From Candidatus Omnitrophota bacterium (GTDB lineage Bacteria; Omnitrophota; Gorgyraeia; Duberdicusellales; 4484-171): a DNA stretch of 64,000 bases. This document shows positions 53,808 to 63,998 of the stretch, one piece after another; within the stretch, counting starts at the first letter, position 1, and the number at the start of each line of letters is the position of its first letter. The stretch is taken from contig WJJJ01000011.1 in assembly GCA_014729775.1 (NCBI GenBank), forward strand, positions 4,606 to 68,605. The letters run 5' to 3'. The position numbers and the translations under genes were made by a program. Below the pieces are notes generated by a model. It was not told where the DNA came from. It searched no databases and saw nothing but the letters and a program-made list of their open reading frames with translations.

Positions 53808-55076
53808 ATGCTTGCTCCCTACATACGCATTCTGAAACGGCGGGATTTTTTCCTGTTGTGGTTCGGTCAGATCATCTCTCAGTTCGGAGACCGGCTCACT
53901 CAAATGGCGCTGATCGGTCTCGTCTACCGTCTCGAACCCGGCTCGCCGCTGGGACTGGCAAAAATGTTGAGTCTTGCCATCATCCCGGTCTTTCTTTTTT
54001 CTCCTGCCGCCGGCGTGTACATCGATCGCTGGGATAAACGAAAAACAATGTACCTGGCCGATATACTTCGCGGGATATTCATTGTCGTCATTCCGCTGCT
54101 GCTGACGCAATGGCAGTCGGTCGCCGCCATCTACTGCCTGGTGTTTCTCTCGTTCAGCTCGGGGAGATTTTTCGTGCCGGCGAAAATGGCGATCGTGCCG
54201 TTTCTGGTGGAGAAAGAAGATCTGTTTCTCGCCAACTCGCTGATTTCGGTGACCGCGATGATCGCGGCGGTACTGGGCTTCGGGCTGGGGGGAATCATCG
54301 TGGAACGATGGGGTGTGAGTACCGCCTTTTATGTCGACGCCGTGACCTTTTTCTTTTCCGGCGCCTGTGTCTTCCTTATGTCGACGAAAGAAAAAGCAAA
54401 ATTCGCCGCTTCGGATTTTCTCCATCTGGGAAAAGACGCGCTGGAACGAGTCAAGGAATCGTTTGTACAGGAGGCAAAGCAGGGAATCGCATATCTTTTC
54501 TCTTCTCCGGAAACCCGCTATGCGACGAAAATATTCTTTCTGCTGTTCGCCTCCATAGGTTCTCTGTACACGATCTTTATCGTATTCGTGCAAAACGCGC
54601 TTTCGACCGTCACCTTTGAACTCGGACTCCTCGCCGTCGGCGCCGGTGCCGGGTTGTTCCTGGGAGCGCTGGGATACGGAAGGATCGCGTCGGGCTTTTC
54701 CGTAAAAAAAGCCATCAATTATTCGCTTTTTTTCTCCAGCACGTACCTCCTTGTGTTTACGCTCACCCTGAATAAATTCCCTTCCTTCCCGCTGGCGCTG
54801 ATCTCCTGCGCGCTCCTGGGAGTCCTGGTCGCGCCGATTATCATCGCCATCAACAGCCTTATTCATCACGAAAGCGCAAACGAATTCTGGGGCCGGATTT
54901 TCAGCTCTTTGGAGATCATTATCCACTTCGCGTTTCTCCTGTTTATGTTCCTCTCTTCTTACCTGGCCAATCTATTTACGCCCTTTACAATCATCGTAGG
55001 AATAAGTATAATAATGATCCTTGCGTCATTCATCCATATAACCGGCAGTAGAAATGATCCACGTACCGGAATATAA
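53808..55076 (+). CDS. MFS transporter
   Basis: LWFGQIISQFGD, motif A GVYIDRWDKRK, GRIFS; about 12 hydrophobic segments. Confidence 0.92.
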   Translation: MLAPYIRILKRRDFFLLWFGQIISQFGDRLTQMALIGLVYRLEPGSPLGLAKMLSLAIIPVFLFSPAAGVYIDRWDKRKTMYLADILRGIFIVVIPLLLTQWQSVAAIYCLVFLSFSSGRFFVPAKMAIVPFLVEKEDLFLANSLISVTAMIAAVLGFGLGGIIVERWGVSTAFYVDAVTFFFSGACVFLMSTKEKAKFAASDFLHLGKDALERVKESFVQEAKQGIAYLFSSPETRYATKIFFLLFASIGSLYTIFIVFVQNALSTVTFELGLLAVGAGAGLFLGALGYGRIASGFSVKKAINYSLFFSSTYLLVFTLTLNKFPSFPLALISCALLGVLVAPIIIAINSLIHHESANEFWGRIFSSLEIIIHFAFLLFMFLSSYLANLFTPFTIIVGISIIMILASFIHITGSRNDPRTGI

Positions 55077-56352
55077 AGAACCGCAGCATTCCCGCCAGTC
55101 GGAGAGCTATCTCACCCCCAAAAAACTCTACCTGCCTCTCATCCAGCATACCGGAAAACCTTCCCGGCTCTGCGTGAGTGAAGGGAGCACCGTGGAGGAA
55201 GGGAGCGTTCTCGCCGAACGGGACGGGCTTATTTCCGCGGCCCTTCACGCTCCGAAAAACGGCAAGATCGACCGGATCACGTCGTTTCCGCATCCCTTAT
55301 GCGGCCGGGCCCAGACCATCTGTATGACCTGCGCGCCCTCCGCCCGGAGTTACTCTCTCCGCTACAATGCGCTGGCGCAGTCCGGAGAAGAATTGATCGA
55401 ACGCCTCCAGCACAGCGGGATCGTGGGAATGGGAGGAGCCTCTTTCCCCACGCACGTGAAAGCCGCTCCGCCGAAACCGATCACCACGCTGATCCTAAAC
55501 GGCTGTGAATGCGAACCGTTTCTTTCGGCGGATTACCGGCTGATGTGGGAACGCGCCGAGGAAATCCTGAAAGGAACGGAAGTCCTCTGCCGGCTGCTGA
55601 AACCGCGAAAAGTCATCCTCGCCGTGGAATCACACACACAGCCGGTATGCGAACACATACGGTCCGTTGCCGCGAACGGATCGATACGACTGCCCGACTT
55701 TGAACTGCGTATATTGCCCAGTCGCTATCCCCAGGGCGGGGAGAAACAGCTGATCCGGGCGCTCACCGGCAGAGAGGTCCCCCCGAAAAATTTACCTCTG
55801 GACGTGGGCTGTATGGTGCAAAACGTGGCCACCTGCGTCGCGGTGTATGAAGCGGTGTACTTATCCAAACCTTTGATCGAACGCCTGGTATGCTTCTGCG
55901 GGGATGCCGTCAAAGAACCCAAAAACGTCTGGGTGAAAATAGGAACGACACTGCAGGAACTGGTGGAGGAAAAGGTCATTGAACTCGAGGACTCCCTGCG
56001 GAAAATTGTCTGCGGCGGACCGATGATGGGCACGGCTCTTGACGGACTGCACTATCCGATTCTGAAAGGAACCGGGGGCTTTTTATTTTTAAGCGAATCA
56101 TTTCTCCGGGACGAAGAATCTCCCTGCATCCGCTGTGGCCGCTGTGTGGACGCCTGCCCGATGAACCTGGCCCCGCTGGAATACGTCAAGCGGATCACCC
56201 GCGGAGAATACGGCACTCTTTCGGATTATTACATTGAAGACTGCATTGAATGCGGAGCCTGCACCTACGTATGCCCGGCACGAATTCCGCTGGTACATTA
56301 TATTCGTCTGGGAAAGCAACGGCTTCGCGCACAGACTCCCTTGAAAAAATGA
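55054..56352 (+). CDS. rnfC: Rnf complex subunit C
   Basis: GIVGMGGASFPTHVK, NGCECEP, YPQGGEKQL, GGPMMG and two CxxCxxCxxxCP motifs. Confidence 0.95.
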   Translation: MIHVPEYKEPQHSRQSESYLTPKKLYLPLIQHTGKPSRLCVSEGSTVEEGSVLAERDGLISAALHAPKNGKIDRITSFPHPLCGRAQTICMTCAPSARSYSLRYNALAQSGEELIERLQHSGIVGMGGASFPTHVKAAPPKPITTLILNGCECEPFLSADYRLMWERAEEILKGTEVLCRLLKPRKVILAVESHTQPVCEHIRSVAANGSIRLPDFELRILPSRYPQGGEKQLIRALTGREVPPKNLPLDVGCMVQNVATCVAVYEAVYLSKPLIERLVCFCGDAVKEPKNVWVKIGTTLQELVEEKVIELEDSLRKIVCGGPMMGTALDGLHYPILKGTGGFLFLSESFLRDEESPCIRCGRCVDACPMNLAPLEYVKRITRGEYGTLSDYYIEDCIECGACTYVCPARIPLVHYIRLGKQRLRAQTPLKK

Positions 56353-57311
56353 GGAAAAACTCCGCTCACCCTCTTCGGTTATCCAGTTCCCCTCATCTGC
56401 AGGGAAAAAGGAGCACCCCCTGGCTGATGTGGCAGGTAGTGATCGCGCTGATTCCCGCGGCGGGCGCGTCACTGTTTTTTTTTCGCACGCACGCGCTCTG
56501 GCTGCTCGTTCTCTGCGTCGGCGGCGCGGCGGCCGCGGAGGCAGTCATCGTGAAGATCCGCGGGCGGAAACTCACACTCCGAGACGGCAGCGCGGTGCTC
56601 ACCGGCATCCTGCTCGCGCTCGTACTGCCTCCGTTCACCACGTGGTACGCGGCTTTGCTCGGCGCGGCAGTCGCGATACTGATCGGAAAACACCTGTTCG
56701 GCGGACTGGGCGCGAATATTTTCAACCCGGCGCTGATCGGCCGCGCGTTTCTTCTGTCGGCCTATCCGGCAATGCTGACTACATTCGCGGTACCCGGCAA
56801 TCTGGACGCGGTCACCAAAGCCACGCCCCTTTACCTACTTAAATCCCAGGGGATCGAAACACCGCTGCTGCCTCTGTTCACCGGAACGATCGGCGGATGT
56901 ATCGGAGAAACCTCAGCGGTCTGTCTGCTGATCGGAGGCGTCTATCTGCTGGCGCGCAAAATCGTTGACTGGCGCATTCCTTTGTCTTTTTTGGGCACGG
57001 TGATTTTGATGTCCACGATTTTCTGGATACTCCGGCCCCAGTCCGGCTCTCCCGCATTTCATCTCCTGAGCGGCGGAATGCTGCTCGGAATACTTTTTAT
57101 GGCTACCGATCCGGTCACGACGCCTTCGACAAAAACCGGACGGTATCTCTTCGGAACCTTTTGTGGTATAGTGATAATGATACTGCGTTATTTCAGCGGT
57201 TTACCCGAAGGCGTGATGTACGGAATCCTGTTCATGAACGCGTTCGTTCCGCTGATCAACCGCTACACCAAGCCGCGGCGCTTCGGAACCGGAAAAATGA
57301 GTACGGCATGA
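56349..57311 (+). CDS. rnfD: Rnf complex subunit D
   Basis: SSSPH, FGGLGANIFNPA, TKATPL (FMN site), GETS and MATDPVT motifs. Confidence 0.95.
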   Translation: MRKNSAHPLRLSSSPHLQGKRSTPWLMWQVVIALIPAAGASLFFFRTHALWLLVLCVGGAAAAEAVIVKIRGRKLTLRDGSAVLTGILLALVLPPFTTWYAALLGAAVAILIGKHLFGGLGANIFNPALIGRAFLLSAYPAMLTTFAVPGNLDAVTKATPLYLLKSQGIETPLLPLFTGTIGGCIGETSAVCLLIGGVYLLARKIVDWRIPLSFLGTVILMSTIFWILRPQSGSPAFHLLSGGMLLGILFMATDPVTTPSTKTGRYLFGTFCGIVIMILRYFSGLPEGVMYGILFMNAFVPLINRYTKPRRFGTGKMSTA

Positions 57312-57868
57312 ACGACACATTGAAAATCACCGGTACGCTTACGGTTACCTGTCTGCTCTGCGCGTTTTTACTGGCGTACGTGGCCGGGATCGCAAAACCA
57401 AAGATTGCAGCACACCAAACCCGTGAGCGACGCGCGGCGATTCAAACGCTCATCCCCAACGCAGAAACGATCCGTCCCTACCCGCAGCGGGAGAATCTTT
57501 TTCGGATATACGACGCTTCGGACACGCTTCTGGGGTACGCGTTTCTTGCCGAAGGCCAGGGTTACGCCGGCACGATCCGCCTGGTGGGAGCGCTGGATGC
57601 GGACCTGTCGCGCCTGCGGGGAATCAAAGTCATCGAATCCGTGGAAACCCCGGGTCTGGGATCAAAAATCACCGAAGAGGATTTCCGCGGTCAATTTGAG
57701 AATTTGAAGGTACGCCCGAAGATCGGTCTTACCAAAGGAGAAACGTCAAAGGATACGCAAGTACAGGCGATTTCAGGCGCAACCATTTCCTCAAAAGCGG
57801 TGGTATCGATCCTGAACGAAAAAATATCCCTGATCAAAGCAGTAATCGAATCGAACAGGAATCACTGA
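57308..57868 (+). CDS. rnfG: Rnf complex subunit G
   Basis: N-terminal TM, GYAG, ETPGLG and ISGATISS FMN motif. Confidence 0.93.
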   Translation: MNDTLKITGTLTVTCLLCAFLLAYVAGIAKPKIAAHQTRERRAAIQTLIPNAETIRPYPQRENLFRIYDASDTLLGYAFLAEGQGYAGTIRLVGALDADLSRLRGIKVIESVETPGLGSKITEEDFRGQFENLKVRPKIGLTKGETSKDTQVQAISGATISSKAVVSILNEKISLIKAVIESNRNH

Positions 57869-57873
57869 ACGCG

Positions 57874-58458
57874 ATGAACAATTTTATCCGAGGCCTATGG
57901 AATCAGCATCCGATTTTTCGCCAGTTACTGGGGATGTGCCCCACGCTGGCGGTCACCACTACAGCGGTCAACGGACTGGCCATGGGAGGAGCCGTGATCT
58001 TCGTGTTGTTCTTCTCCACGTGCGTAGTTTCGATTATTAAAAGTCTTATCCCGGCCCAGGTACGGATCGCGGTCTATACGGTGATCATCGCGACGTTCGT
58101 CACGATAGTGGATTATTTTTTTAAAGCGTACCATCCCGATATCAGCGCCGCGCTGGGACCTTATCTGCCGCTGATCATCGTCAACTGCATCATCCTCGGC
58201 AGATGCGAAGCGTTCGCGTCCAAAAACACGGTGCGCGCGTCCGTAACGGACGCCCTCGGCATGGGTGTCGGTTTTACCTGGGGATTGTTCGTACTCAGCG
58301 GTATCCGCGAATTCCTGGGACAGGGCACGCTCCTGAACCGGCAGGTATTACCAGCCGGTTTCCCGGTACTGGGCGTAATGGTGAGCGCCGCCGGAGCATT
58401 CCTCGCGCTCGGATTTCTGGTCGCGCTGATGAACCGCATTGAACAATGGAAAACTTGA
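57874..58458 (+). CDS. rnfE: Rnf complex subunit E
   Basis: LGMCPTLAVT, PLIIVNCIILGR and IREFLG motifs. Confidence 0.93.
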   Translation: MNNFIRGLWNQHPIFRQLLGMCPTLAVTTTAVNGLAMGGAVIFVLFFSTCVVSIIKSLIPAQVRIAVYTVIIATFVTIVDYFFKAYHPDISAALGPYLPLIIVNCIILGRCEAFASKNTVRASVTDALGMGVGFTWGLFVLSGIREFLGQGTLLNRQVLPAGFPVLGVMVSAAGAFLALGFLVALMNRIEQWKT

Positions 58459-59027
58459 TCCTTATTTTTATCTCAGCCATACTGCTGAACAACATCGTCC
58501 TGTCCTATTTTCTGGGCATCTGCCCGTTTCTGGGCGTTTCCGGGAAACTGGAGTCGGCGCTGGGAATGGGAATGGCGGTGACCTTCGTCATGACCCTGGC
58601 CACCAGCATCAGCTGGCTGATCTATCACGAGATACTCCTGAGGTTTCAGATCGAATTTCTCCAGTACGTGGTATTCATATTGGTGATTGCGTCCCTGGTA
58701 CAGATCGTCGAAATGTTTATCCGGAAATTCTCTCCGCCGCTGTACCAATCCCTCGGGATCTATCTGCCGCTGATCACCAGCAACTGCGCGATTTTGGGAA
58801 TCGTGTTATTTATGGTCGCCAAGCATTACCGCTTTCACGAAGCGGTTACCTACGGCTTTTCCGGCGGTTTAGGTTTTTTCCTGGTACTGCTGATCATGGC
58901 CGGCATCCGGGAGGAATTGGCCTATGCTGATGTCCCGCAAGTGTTTCGGGGCGCTCCGCTGACCCTGATCACGGCCGGTCTGCTCGCGCTTATCTTTATG
59001 GGATTTCAGGGACTGCTGGGGACATAG
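58446..59027 (+). CDS. rnfA: Rnf complex subunit A
   Basis: NNIVLSYFLGICPFLGVS and LGIYLPLITSNCAILG motifs. Confidence 0.94.
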   Translation: MENLILIFISAILLNNIVLSYFLGICPFLGVSGKLESALGMGMAVTFVMTLATSISWLIYHEILLRFQIEFLQYVVFILVIASLVQIVEMFIRKFSPPLYQSLGIYLPLITSNCAILGIVLFMVAKHYRFHEAVTYGFSGGLGFFLVLLIMAGIREELAYADVPQVFRGAPLTLITAGLLALIFMGFQGLLGT

Positions 59028-59031
59028 ACCG

Positions 59032-59847
59032 ATGAACACAATTACTCTTTCAGTACTGGTCATGGGAATTACCGGCGCGGCGTTCGGGTTGCTGCTTTCC
59101 TTTCTTAATAAACGGCTCGCGGTCCGGGAAGACCCGCGGGTCAAACAGATCTTGGAAACGCTTCCCGGTTTAAACTGCGGCGCCTGCGGTTTCAGCGGCT
59201 GCCGCGCCTACGCCGAAGCGGTGGTACAGAAACCGGAAAATTTCCGCGCCTGTCTGCCCGGAGGAGAAAAAACCAACAACGGCGTCCGCCGAATCCTGGG
59301 AATACGGGCACCATCCGCCGGAAATGAAAAAAATACCACCGCGGTATGCGCCTGCGGCGCCGAATACGGAGAGAAACTCCGCAGCACGGACTACTGCGGT
59401 CCAAGGAACTGCGCTGCGGCCGCATTAATCCGCGGATACGTCGACTGTCAGTCCGGCTGTATCGGTTTCGGCGACTGCGTGGAGGTGTGCCCGGCAGACG
59501 CGCTCACCCTGCGCAACGGAAAGATCCACGTGAACCACCAGCGGTGCATCTCCTGCGGAAACTGCCTACGGACCTGTCCGCGCAATCTGTTCCGGATCGT
59601 CCCGCTCAACCACGCCGTCTGCTACGTCGGCTGTAATAACCGCGAGAGCGGACCGGACACGAGAAAAGTCTGTACTCGCGGCTGTATCGCCTGCGGATTG
59701 TGCGCCCGGGTACCTGATTCGCCGTATTCGCTCAAAGAAAATCTTTCGAATCTCAAATACGCTCCCGATTCGGCATCAGCACAGTACGCCGGAAAAGAGA
59801 AATGTCCCACGAAGTGCATCTGGACGATTTCGACGGACCAAACTTAA
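59032..59847 (+). CDS. rnfB: Rnf complex subunit B
   Basis: LPGLNCGACGFSGC...CLPGG followed by ferredoxin CxxxxxCxxxCP and CxxCxxCxxxCP motifs. Confidence 0.93.
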   Translation: MNTITLSVLVMGITGAAFGLLLSFLNKRLAVREDPRVKQILETLPGLNCGACGFSGCRAYAEAVVQKPENFRACLPGGEKTNNGVRRILGIRAPSAGNEKNTTAVCACGAEYGEKLRSTDYCGPRNCAAAALIRGYVDCQSGCIGFGDCVEVCPADALTLRNGKIHVNHQRCISCGNCLRTCPRNLFRIVPLNHAVCYVGCNNRESGPDTRKVCTRGCIACGLCARVPDSPYSLKENLSNLKYAPDSASAQYAGKEKCPTKCIWTISTDQT

Positions 59848-59860
59848 CCACCGCATTGAG

Positions 59861-60277
59861 ATGTTGAAAACGAAAGGAAAAATAACCGAAATGCAGACAA
59901 ACCGCATCAAAATAAAATGCGAGCGCAACACGATATGTTCCTGCTGCCGCTACGCGACGTTTTGCGGTGCTACCGAAAAGGAAGAATTCTGCGTCTCGCC
60001 GAATCCCCAAGTCACCTGCGCGCCGGGCGACACCGTGGAAATAGGGATCAGCGAGCGAGCTCACGCGGCCGGCGTCTTTCTGCTCTTTGCCGCGCCGCTT
60101 ATCTTATTCATAGGAACGTTATGGCTGACGCGCCGGTCTTGGCCGGCCTTGAGCTTTCTGGCGGCAACCGGATTGATGAGCGGGTATTATCTGTGCGTGC
60201 GTCACCGTCTTACTCACCACGCGGCTTATTTCCGTCCGCGGATCTTGAGACGAACCGAACAAGGAGGGCACCCGTGA
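59861..60277 (+). CDS. RseC/MucC family protein
   Basis: CSCC...C cluster, GDTVEIG, two TMs and C-terminal PRI; follows rnfB. Confidence 0.78.
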   Translation: MLKTKGKITEMQTNRIKIKCERNTICSCCRYATFCGATEKEEFCVSPNPQVTCAPGDTVEIGISERAHAAGVFLLFAAPLILFIGTLWLTRRSWPALSFLAATGLMSGYYLCVRHRLTHHAAYFRPRILRRTEQGGHP

Positions 60278-60876
60278 AATTCGCGGTTCTGGCTTCCGGA
60301 AACGGGAGCAATTTCGAAGTACTCGCGCGTTCCGTGCGATCCGGTAGTATCCCCGCCGAGCTGGCACTCCTGCTGTCAGACAAAAAAAACGCCTATGTCC
60401 GGCAACGGGCGCGTAACCTCCAGATCCCGGAACAGTGGCTGAATCCGCAGGACTTCCCCGACCGCCGCGCCTACGACCAAGCACTGAAGGAAATTCTCAC
60501 GCGGGAAGGCATAGATTTCGTGGCCCTGGCCGGCTACATGCGCATTCTTTCAGCCGAATTCGTGCGTTCCTATCCGAATAAAATTATGAATATCCATCCG
60601 GCTCTGCTGCCCTCGTTTCCAGGCACGGACTCCCTCTACCGGGCCTACCGCCACGGCTGTAAAGTCACCGGGGTAACTGTCCATTTCGTCGACGAGCAGG
60701 TCGATCACGGACCGATCATCCTTCAACAGCCGCTCTTGATCACCCCCGGCATGACCTATGAGGAGTTGGAAACGCGTGTACACGAGATCGAACATCAACT
60801 GTATCCTCACGCCGTCCGTCTTTACGCGGCGGGGAAACTTCTGGTGAAAAAGAATCATGTGGAAATCGCGGAATAA
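60274..60876 (+). CDS. purN: Phosphoribosylglycinamide formyltransferase
   Basis: LASGNGSNF, LAGYMRIL, NIHPALLPSFPG and VDHGPII motifs; GTG start after AGGAGG. Confidence 0.96.
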   Translation: MKFAVLASGNGSNFEVLARSVRSGSIPAELALLLSDKKNAYVRQRARNLQIPEQWLNPQDFPDRRAYDQALKEILTREGIDFVALAGYMRILSAEFVRSYPNKIMNIHPALLPSFPGTDSLYRAYRHGCKVTGVTVHFVDEQVDHGPIILQQPLLITPGMTYEELETRVHEIEHQLYPHAVRLYAAGKLLVKKNHVEIAE

Positions 60877-61297
60877 AATATTTCTGGTTTCGGCGTTCTG
60901 TCTGACCGCGTTCACGGGCGCGGCTCAGAACATCGAAGTCGACGCGCGCGTGGATTCGGCGCGCGTACGTACCGGCACGCCCTTCGCCTACCGGGTAACG
61001 GTGAAAGGTACGGTACGCAGTCCCCGCGTGCACCCGCCGGAATTCAGCTCATTCCGTGTCCTGGGAACGGCCCAAAACCAGAGCTACTCCCTGCGTCCCG
61101 GAGGGACCGCGCAACTGACCCTGCGCATCACCTACACGCTCCTCGCCCCGCAGCCGGGCTCCTACCGCATCGAACCGTTTGCGGTAGAGAACGGCGGCGG
61201 CACGGTAAAAAGCAACGCGGTGAACATACAGGTATACGGCGATCCGCTCAAGGAGAAGAAGCGGCCGCTGCCGCTCGGTTCCGGCACGGAGATCTGA
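60857..61297 (+). CDS. Exported single-domain BatD-like protein
   Basis: Signal peptide; beta-rich domain ...YTLLAPQPGSYRIEPF...SNAVNIQV. Confidence 0.7.
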   Translation: MWKSRNKIFLVSAFCLTAFTGAAQNIEVDARVDSARVRTGTPFAYRVTVKGTVRSPRVHPPEFSSFRVLGTAQNQSYSLRPGGTAQLTLRITYTLLAPQPGSYRIEPFAVENGGGTVKSNAVNIQVYGDPLKEKKRPLPLGSGTEI

Positions 61298-61300
61298 CGG

Positions 61301-63397
61301 TTAATATGATCCGGAACCCGCTGAGGAAGAGGGTTGAGAAAGTTTCGACTTCAAAGATTCAAGGCCTTCATCAATGACTGCGATCATTTCGGTGTTTCCC
61401 TGACTGCGGAATGCGTCTTTTGCCCGAAGTAATTCTCGCCGGGCTTTTTCGTACTCATCTAACCGGGAATAGGTTAACCCCAAATTATACCGGGCGGAAG
61501 GATTATCCGGATTGACCTCCAGGACCCGCTCAAACGCGTTCTTTGCCTCGCGGAATTTTCCCGTGTCAAAATAAAGGCTGCCGTAGAGAAAATGGAGCAG
61601 GGGATTTTCTTCGGTGAGCCGGTCAGCTTTGCGCAAAAGCGACAACGCCCGCCCGTAGCGGCTGCCGTTGAGCGCGAATTCGGCCAGGCCGACATAGGCC
61701 CGAGTCACCGAATCGTGTTTGATCTCATCTTCAGCGTATTCCTCGATAATCCACTCGTAATGACGGCTAGCTTCCGGATAATTTTTCACCGCCGCATACA
61801 GATAGGCCAGAGGCAGATGCGCCGCTTCGCTCTCGAATTCCAGTGCCTGCTCGTAATTGGCAACCGATTCGCGCCAGTATTCTTTCGCCTGCACCGGATC
61901 AGCCGGCAGGGCATCGCTCCATCGATGATAGAACAACTCGCCGATATATTCATAGGCGGCCGGATCCTCGATATCCTTCCTCATTTGTTCCTCGTACTTT
62001 GTCAGGCCCTGTTCGTACTCTTTTAAAAACACATGGGCCCGGCCGGCCTGCAGTAACTGATCCGATTCATCGGCAACGAGGCGAAAATGCATTTTTGCTT
62101 TTCCCGGCTGGCCCAGGGACTGCAGGACCTGGCCCAGGCTTAAATGCGCGGTGTAGTTTTGCGGATTAAGCGCCACGGCCCGCTCAAGCAGCCCCCGTGC
62201 CGGCAGGTAATCTTTCTTCCTCGCTTTCCCGGACAAACGCAGGAAAGAGCGGAACGTGCCTGAACTGTAGTGGCATATCCCCATATTGGTCATCACATCG
62301 TCGTTGTCCGGTTTGTGGATAAAGGCGCGCCGGTACCATTCTATGGCCCGTGCGTATTCCTCCCGGTAGAGCAGCACGCTTCCCAGACCGAAATTCCCGT
62401 GGAACTCACCGTTGGGAATCTTCGAGGCCTTTTCATAAAACACAAACGCCCGGTCATATTCCCGCTCCTCCAGCGCGTGAGCGGCTCGGGTCAGATAAAA
62501 CTGCACCTGGTAACGCTCCAGCAGCCCAAAATCTTGTTCCCTCCGGATACGCGGGGAATTCGCCCCGGGCTGAGAGAAGCGGCGCTGTTGTTCGTGAAAG
62601 CGGTCGGCGACGATCACCTCGGTGGGGGAGAGAAACGATTCATACATGCTGAGCGTCTCTTTTACAAGCGTGACGGTATGTTCCAGGGGACGGGGGATAT
62701 CTGGTCCGAATTCCTCGAGCAGGATATCAAATTCTACCCGCAGGGTGCCGGAGTCATAGCGCACCGCGATATCGTTGACCCGGTAATTTTCCTCCGTATC
62801 TTCGCCGGCGAATTCGCGGAGCATCCTCTGGTAAATGCGCAGGGCGATGAATTCCTCCATGGACACGTCGTAGGGCCGGATATGCGCTCCGGCGTCATCA
62901 TTGAGCGCGTCCGGAGTCGGGAAGAAGAAGGAGATGACCTTCTCGAAGTACTGGCGGGATGTATCGATCGACAGGTAATAGCTCGACTGGATATGGCGCA
63001 TTTCATCCGGGAGAAAGACCAGCATGTACCAGTCTATGCCGATCCGCTTGGTATTGGACCTTACCACGCAGTAAAAGCGCGGCCGGCGGTCGGAGCTCAT
63101 GAATACCCGGGAGATCGCCGTGGAGACGTTGCGCATAGTCTCCTGGATTTCCTCCTCCCACCGGTTTTTCTCATCCAGCCGGAACTTGCCCTCTTCGGAC
63201 ACCATCTCCATCGGCGCGTGTATCCAAACGGTATCGCCCTCATCCCAGAGCCGCACTTCAATGCCGTACTCATCCCGGCAGATCCGCCGGATCTCCTCGG
63301 CGGCGCGTTCGCGGCGATAGGTCGGTTCGATCTCACAGGAAAAAAGGAAAGCACTGAACACAAGAAGGAGAAAAAGGAGCGGATTAAAACGATTCAC
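61301..63397 (-). CDS. Lipoprotein with uncharacterised N-terminal region and C-terminal TPR repeats
   Basis: GTG 63397 gives MNRFNPLLFLLLVFSAFLFSC (lipobox); TPRs such as ARYNLGLTY and AHLSLGQVL. Confidence 0.8.
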   Translation of the reverse strand: MNRFNPLLFLLLVFSAFLFSCEIEPTYRRERAAEEIRRICRDEYGIEVRLWDEGDTVWIHAPMEMVSEEGKFRLDEKNRWEEEIQETMRNVSTAISRVFMSSDRRPRFYCVVRSNTKRIGIDWYMLVFLPDEMRHIQSSYYLSIDTSRQYFEKVISFFFPTPDALNDDAGAHIRPYDVSMEEFIALRIYQRMLREFAGEDTEENYRVNDIAVRYDSGTLRVEFDILLEEFGPDIPRPLEHTVTLVKETLSMYESFLSPTEVIVADRFHEQQRRFSQPGANSPRIRREQDFGLLERYQVQFYLTRAAHALEEREYDRAFVFYEKASKIPNGEFHGNFGLGSVLLYREEYARAIEWYRRAFIHKPDNDDVMTNMGICHYSSGTFRSFLRLSGKARKKDYLPARGLLERAVALNPQNYTAHLSLGQVLQSLGQPGKAKMHFRLVADESDQLLQAGRAHVFLKEYEQGLTKYEEQMRKDIEDPAAYEYIGELFYHRWSDALPADPVQAKEYWRESVANYEQALEFESEAAHLPLAYLYAAVKNYPEASRHYEWIIEEYAEDEIKHDSVTRAYVGLAEFALNGSRYGRALSLLRKADRLTEENPLLHFLYGSLYFDTGKFREAKNAFERVLEVNPDNPSARYNLGLTYSRLDEYEKARRELLRAKDAFRSQGNTEMIAVIDEGLESLKSKLSQPSSSAGSGSY

Positions 63398-63998
63398 GGA
63401 ACGTTTTAATTTTCCCATGCGTTTTATGCAGTTCGATAATTTCGTCGTAGTTGAGCTCACCTTGATCGAACAGCTTTTTGGCCATGATATCCATGAGCTC
63501 CCGTTCGGTCACAAGGATCTCTTCGCATTTTGCCAGACATTCTTTCAAAATCTGCTGCACGTCCTTTTCAATCGTAGTTTTGATCTCCTGGCTTATATCC
63601 ATCACGTGTGCACTTTGAGGATTCCCGTCATCGTATCCCAACCGGAAATTTCCCAGCAGACCGCTGGGCCCCATGCCGTACATGGCTACCATCCGGTAGG
63701 CGGTGTTCAAGGCCATGCGCATATCCGCGCTCACCCCTGTAGCGGTAATTCCATATATTACTCTTTCCGCGGCATACCCTCCCAGGGTACAAATAATACG
63801 GGCTAAGAGATCTTCCTTATTCGGCGACCGGCCTTCCTTGATCAGCGGCATCATGTAGCCGTAAAACCCGCCCCGGGCGATAATCGTGGCCTTGACCACA
63901 TCATAGTGTTTGCCGACCAGTATCATGGGAATGGTGTGTCCGATCTCATGATAGGCGGTTTTCATTTTCTCTTCGTCATCACGGAAGACGTTGGTTTC
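63384..63998 (-). CDS. FtsH-like protein, peptidase M41 domain, 5'-partial
   Basis: TAYHEIGH (HExxH), LGGYAAE, TGVSADM and MVAMYGMG; frame stays open to the window edge. Confidence 0.88.
   Translation of the reverse strand, partial: ETNVFRDDEEKMKTAYHEIGHTIPMILVGKHYDVVKATIIARGGFYGYMMPLIKEGRSPNKEDLLARIICTLGGYAAERVIYGITATGVSADMRMALNTAYRMVAMYGMGPSGLLGNFRLGYDDGNPQSAHVMDISQEIKTTIEKDVQQILKECLAKCEEILVTERELMDIMAKKLFDQGELNYDEIIELHKTHGKIKTFRESF

Noticed and set aside
53793-54926. 377-aa minus-strand ORF, and similar long antisense ORFs at 17931-18818, 23759-24568 and 41672-42514
   Set aside because: Each lies opposite a well-supported gene and has no recognisable features.
62270-63409. 379-aa plus-strand ORF
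   Set aside because: Antisense shadow of the TPR lipoprotein gene, with no motifs.
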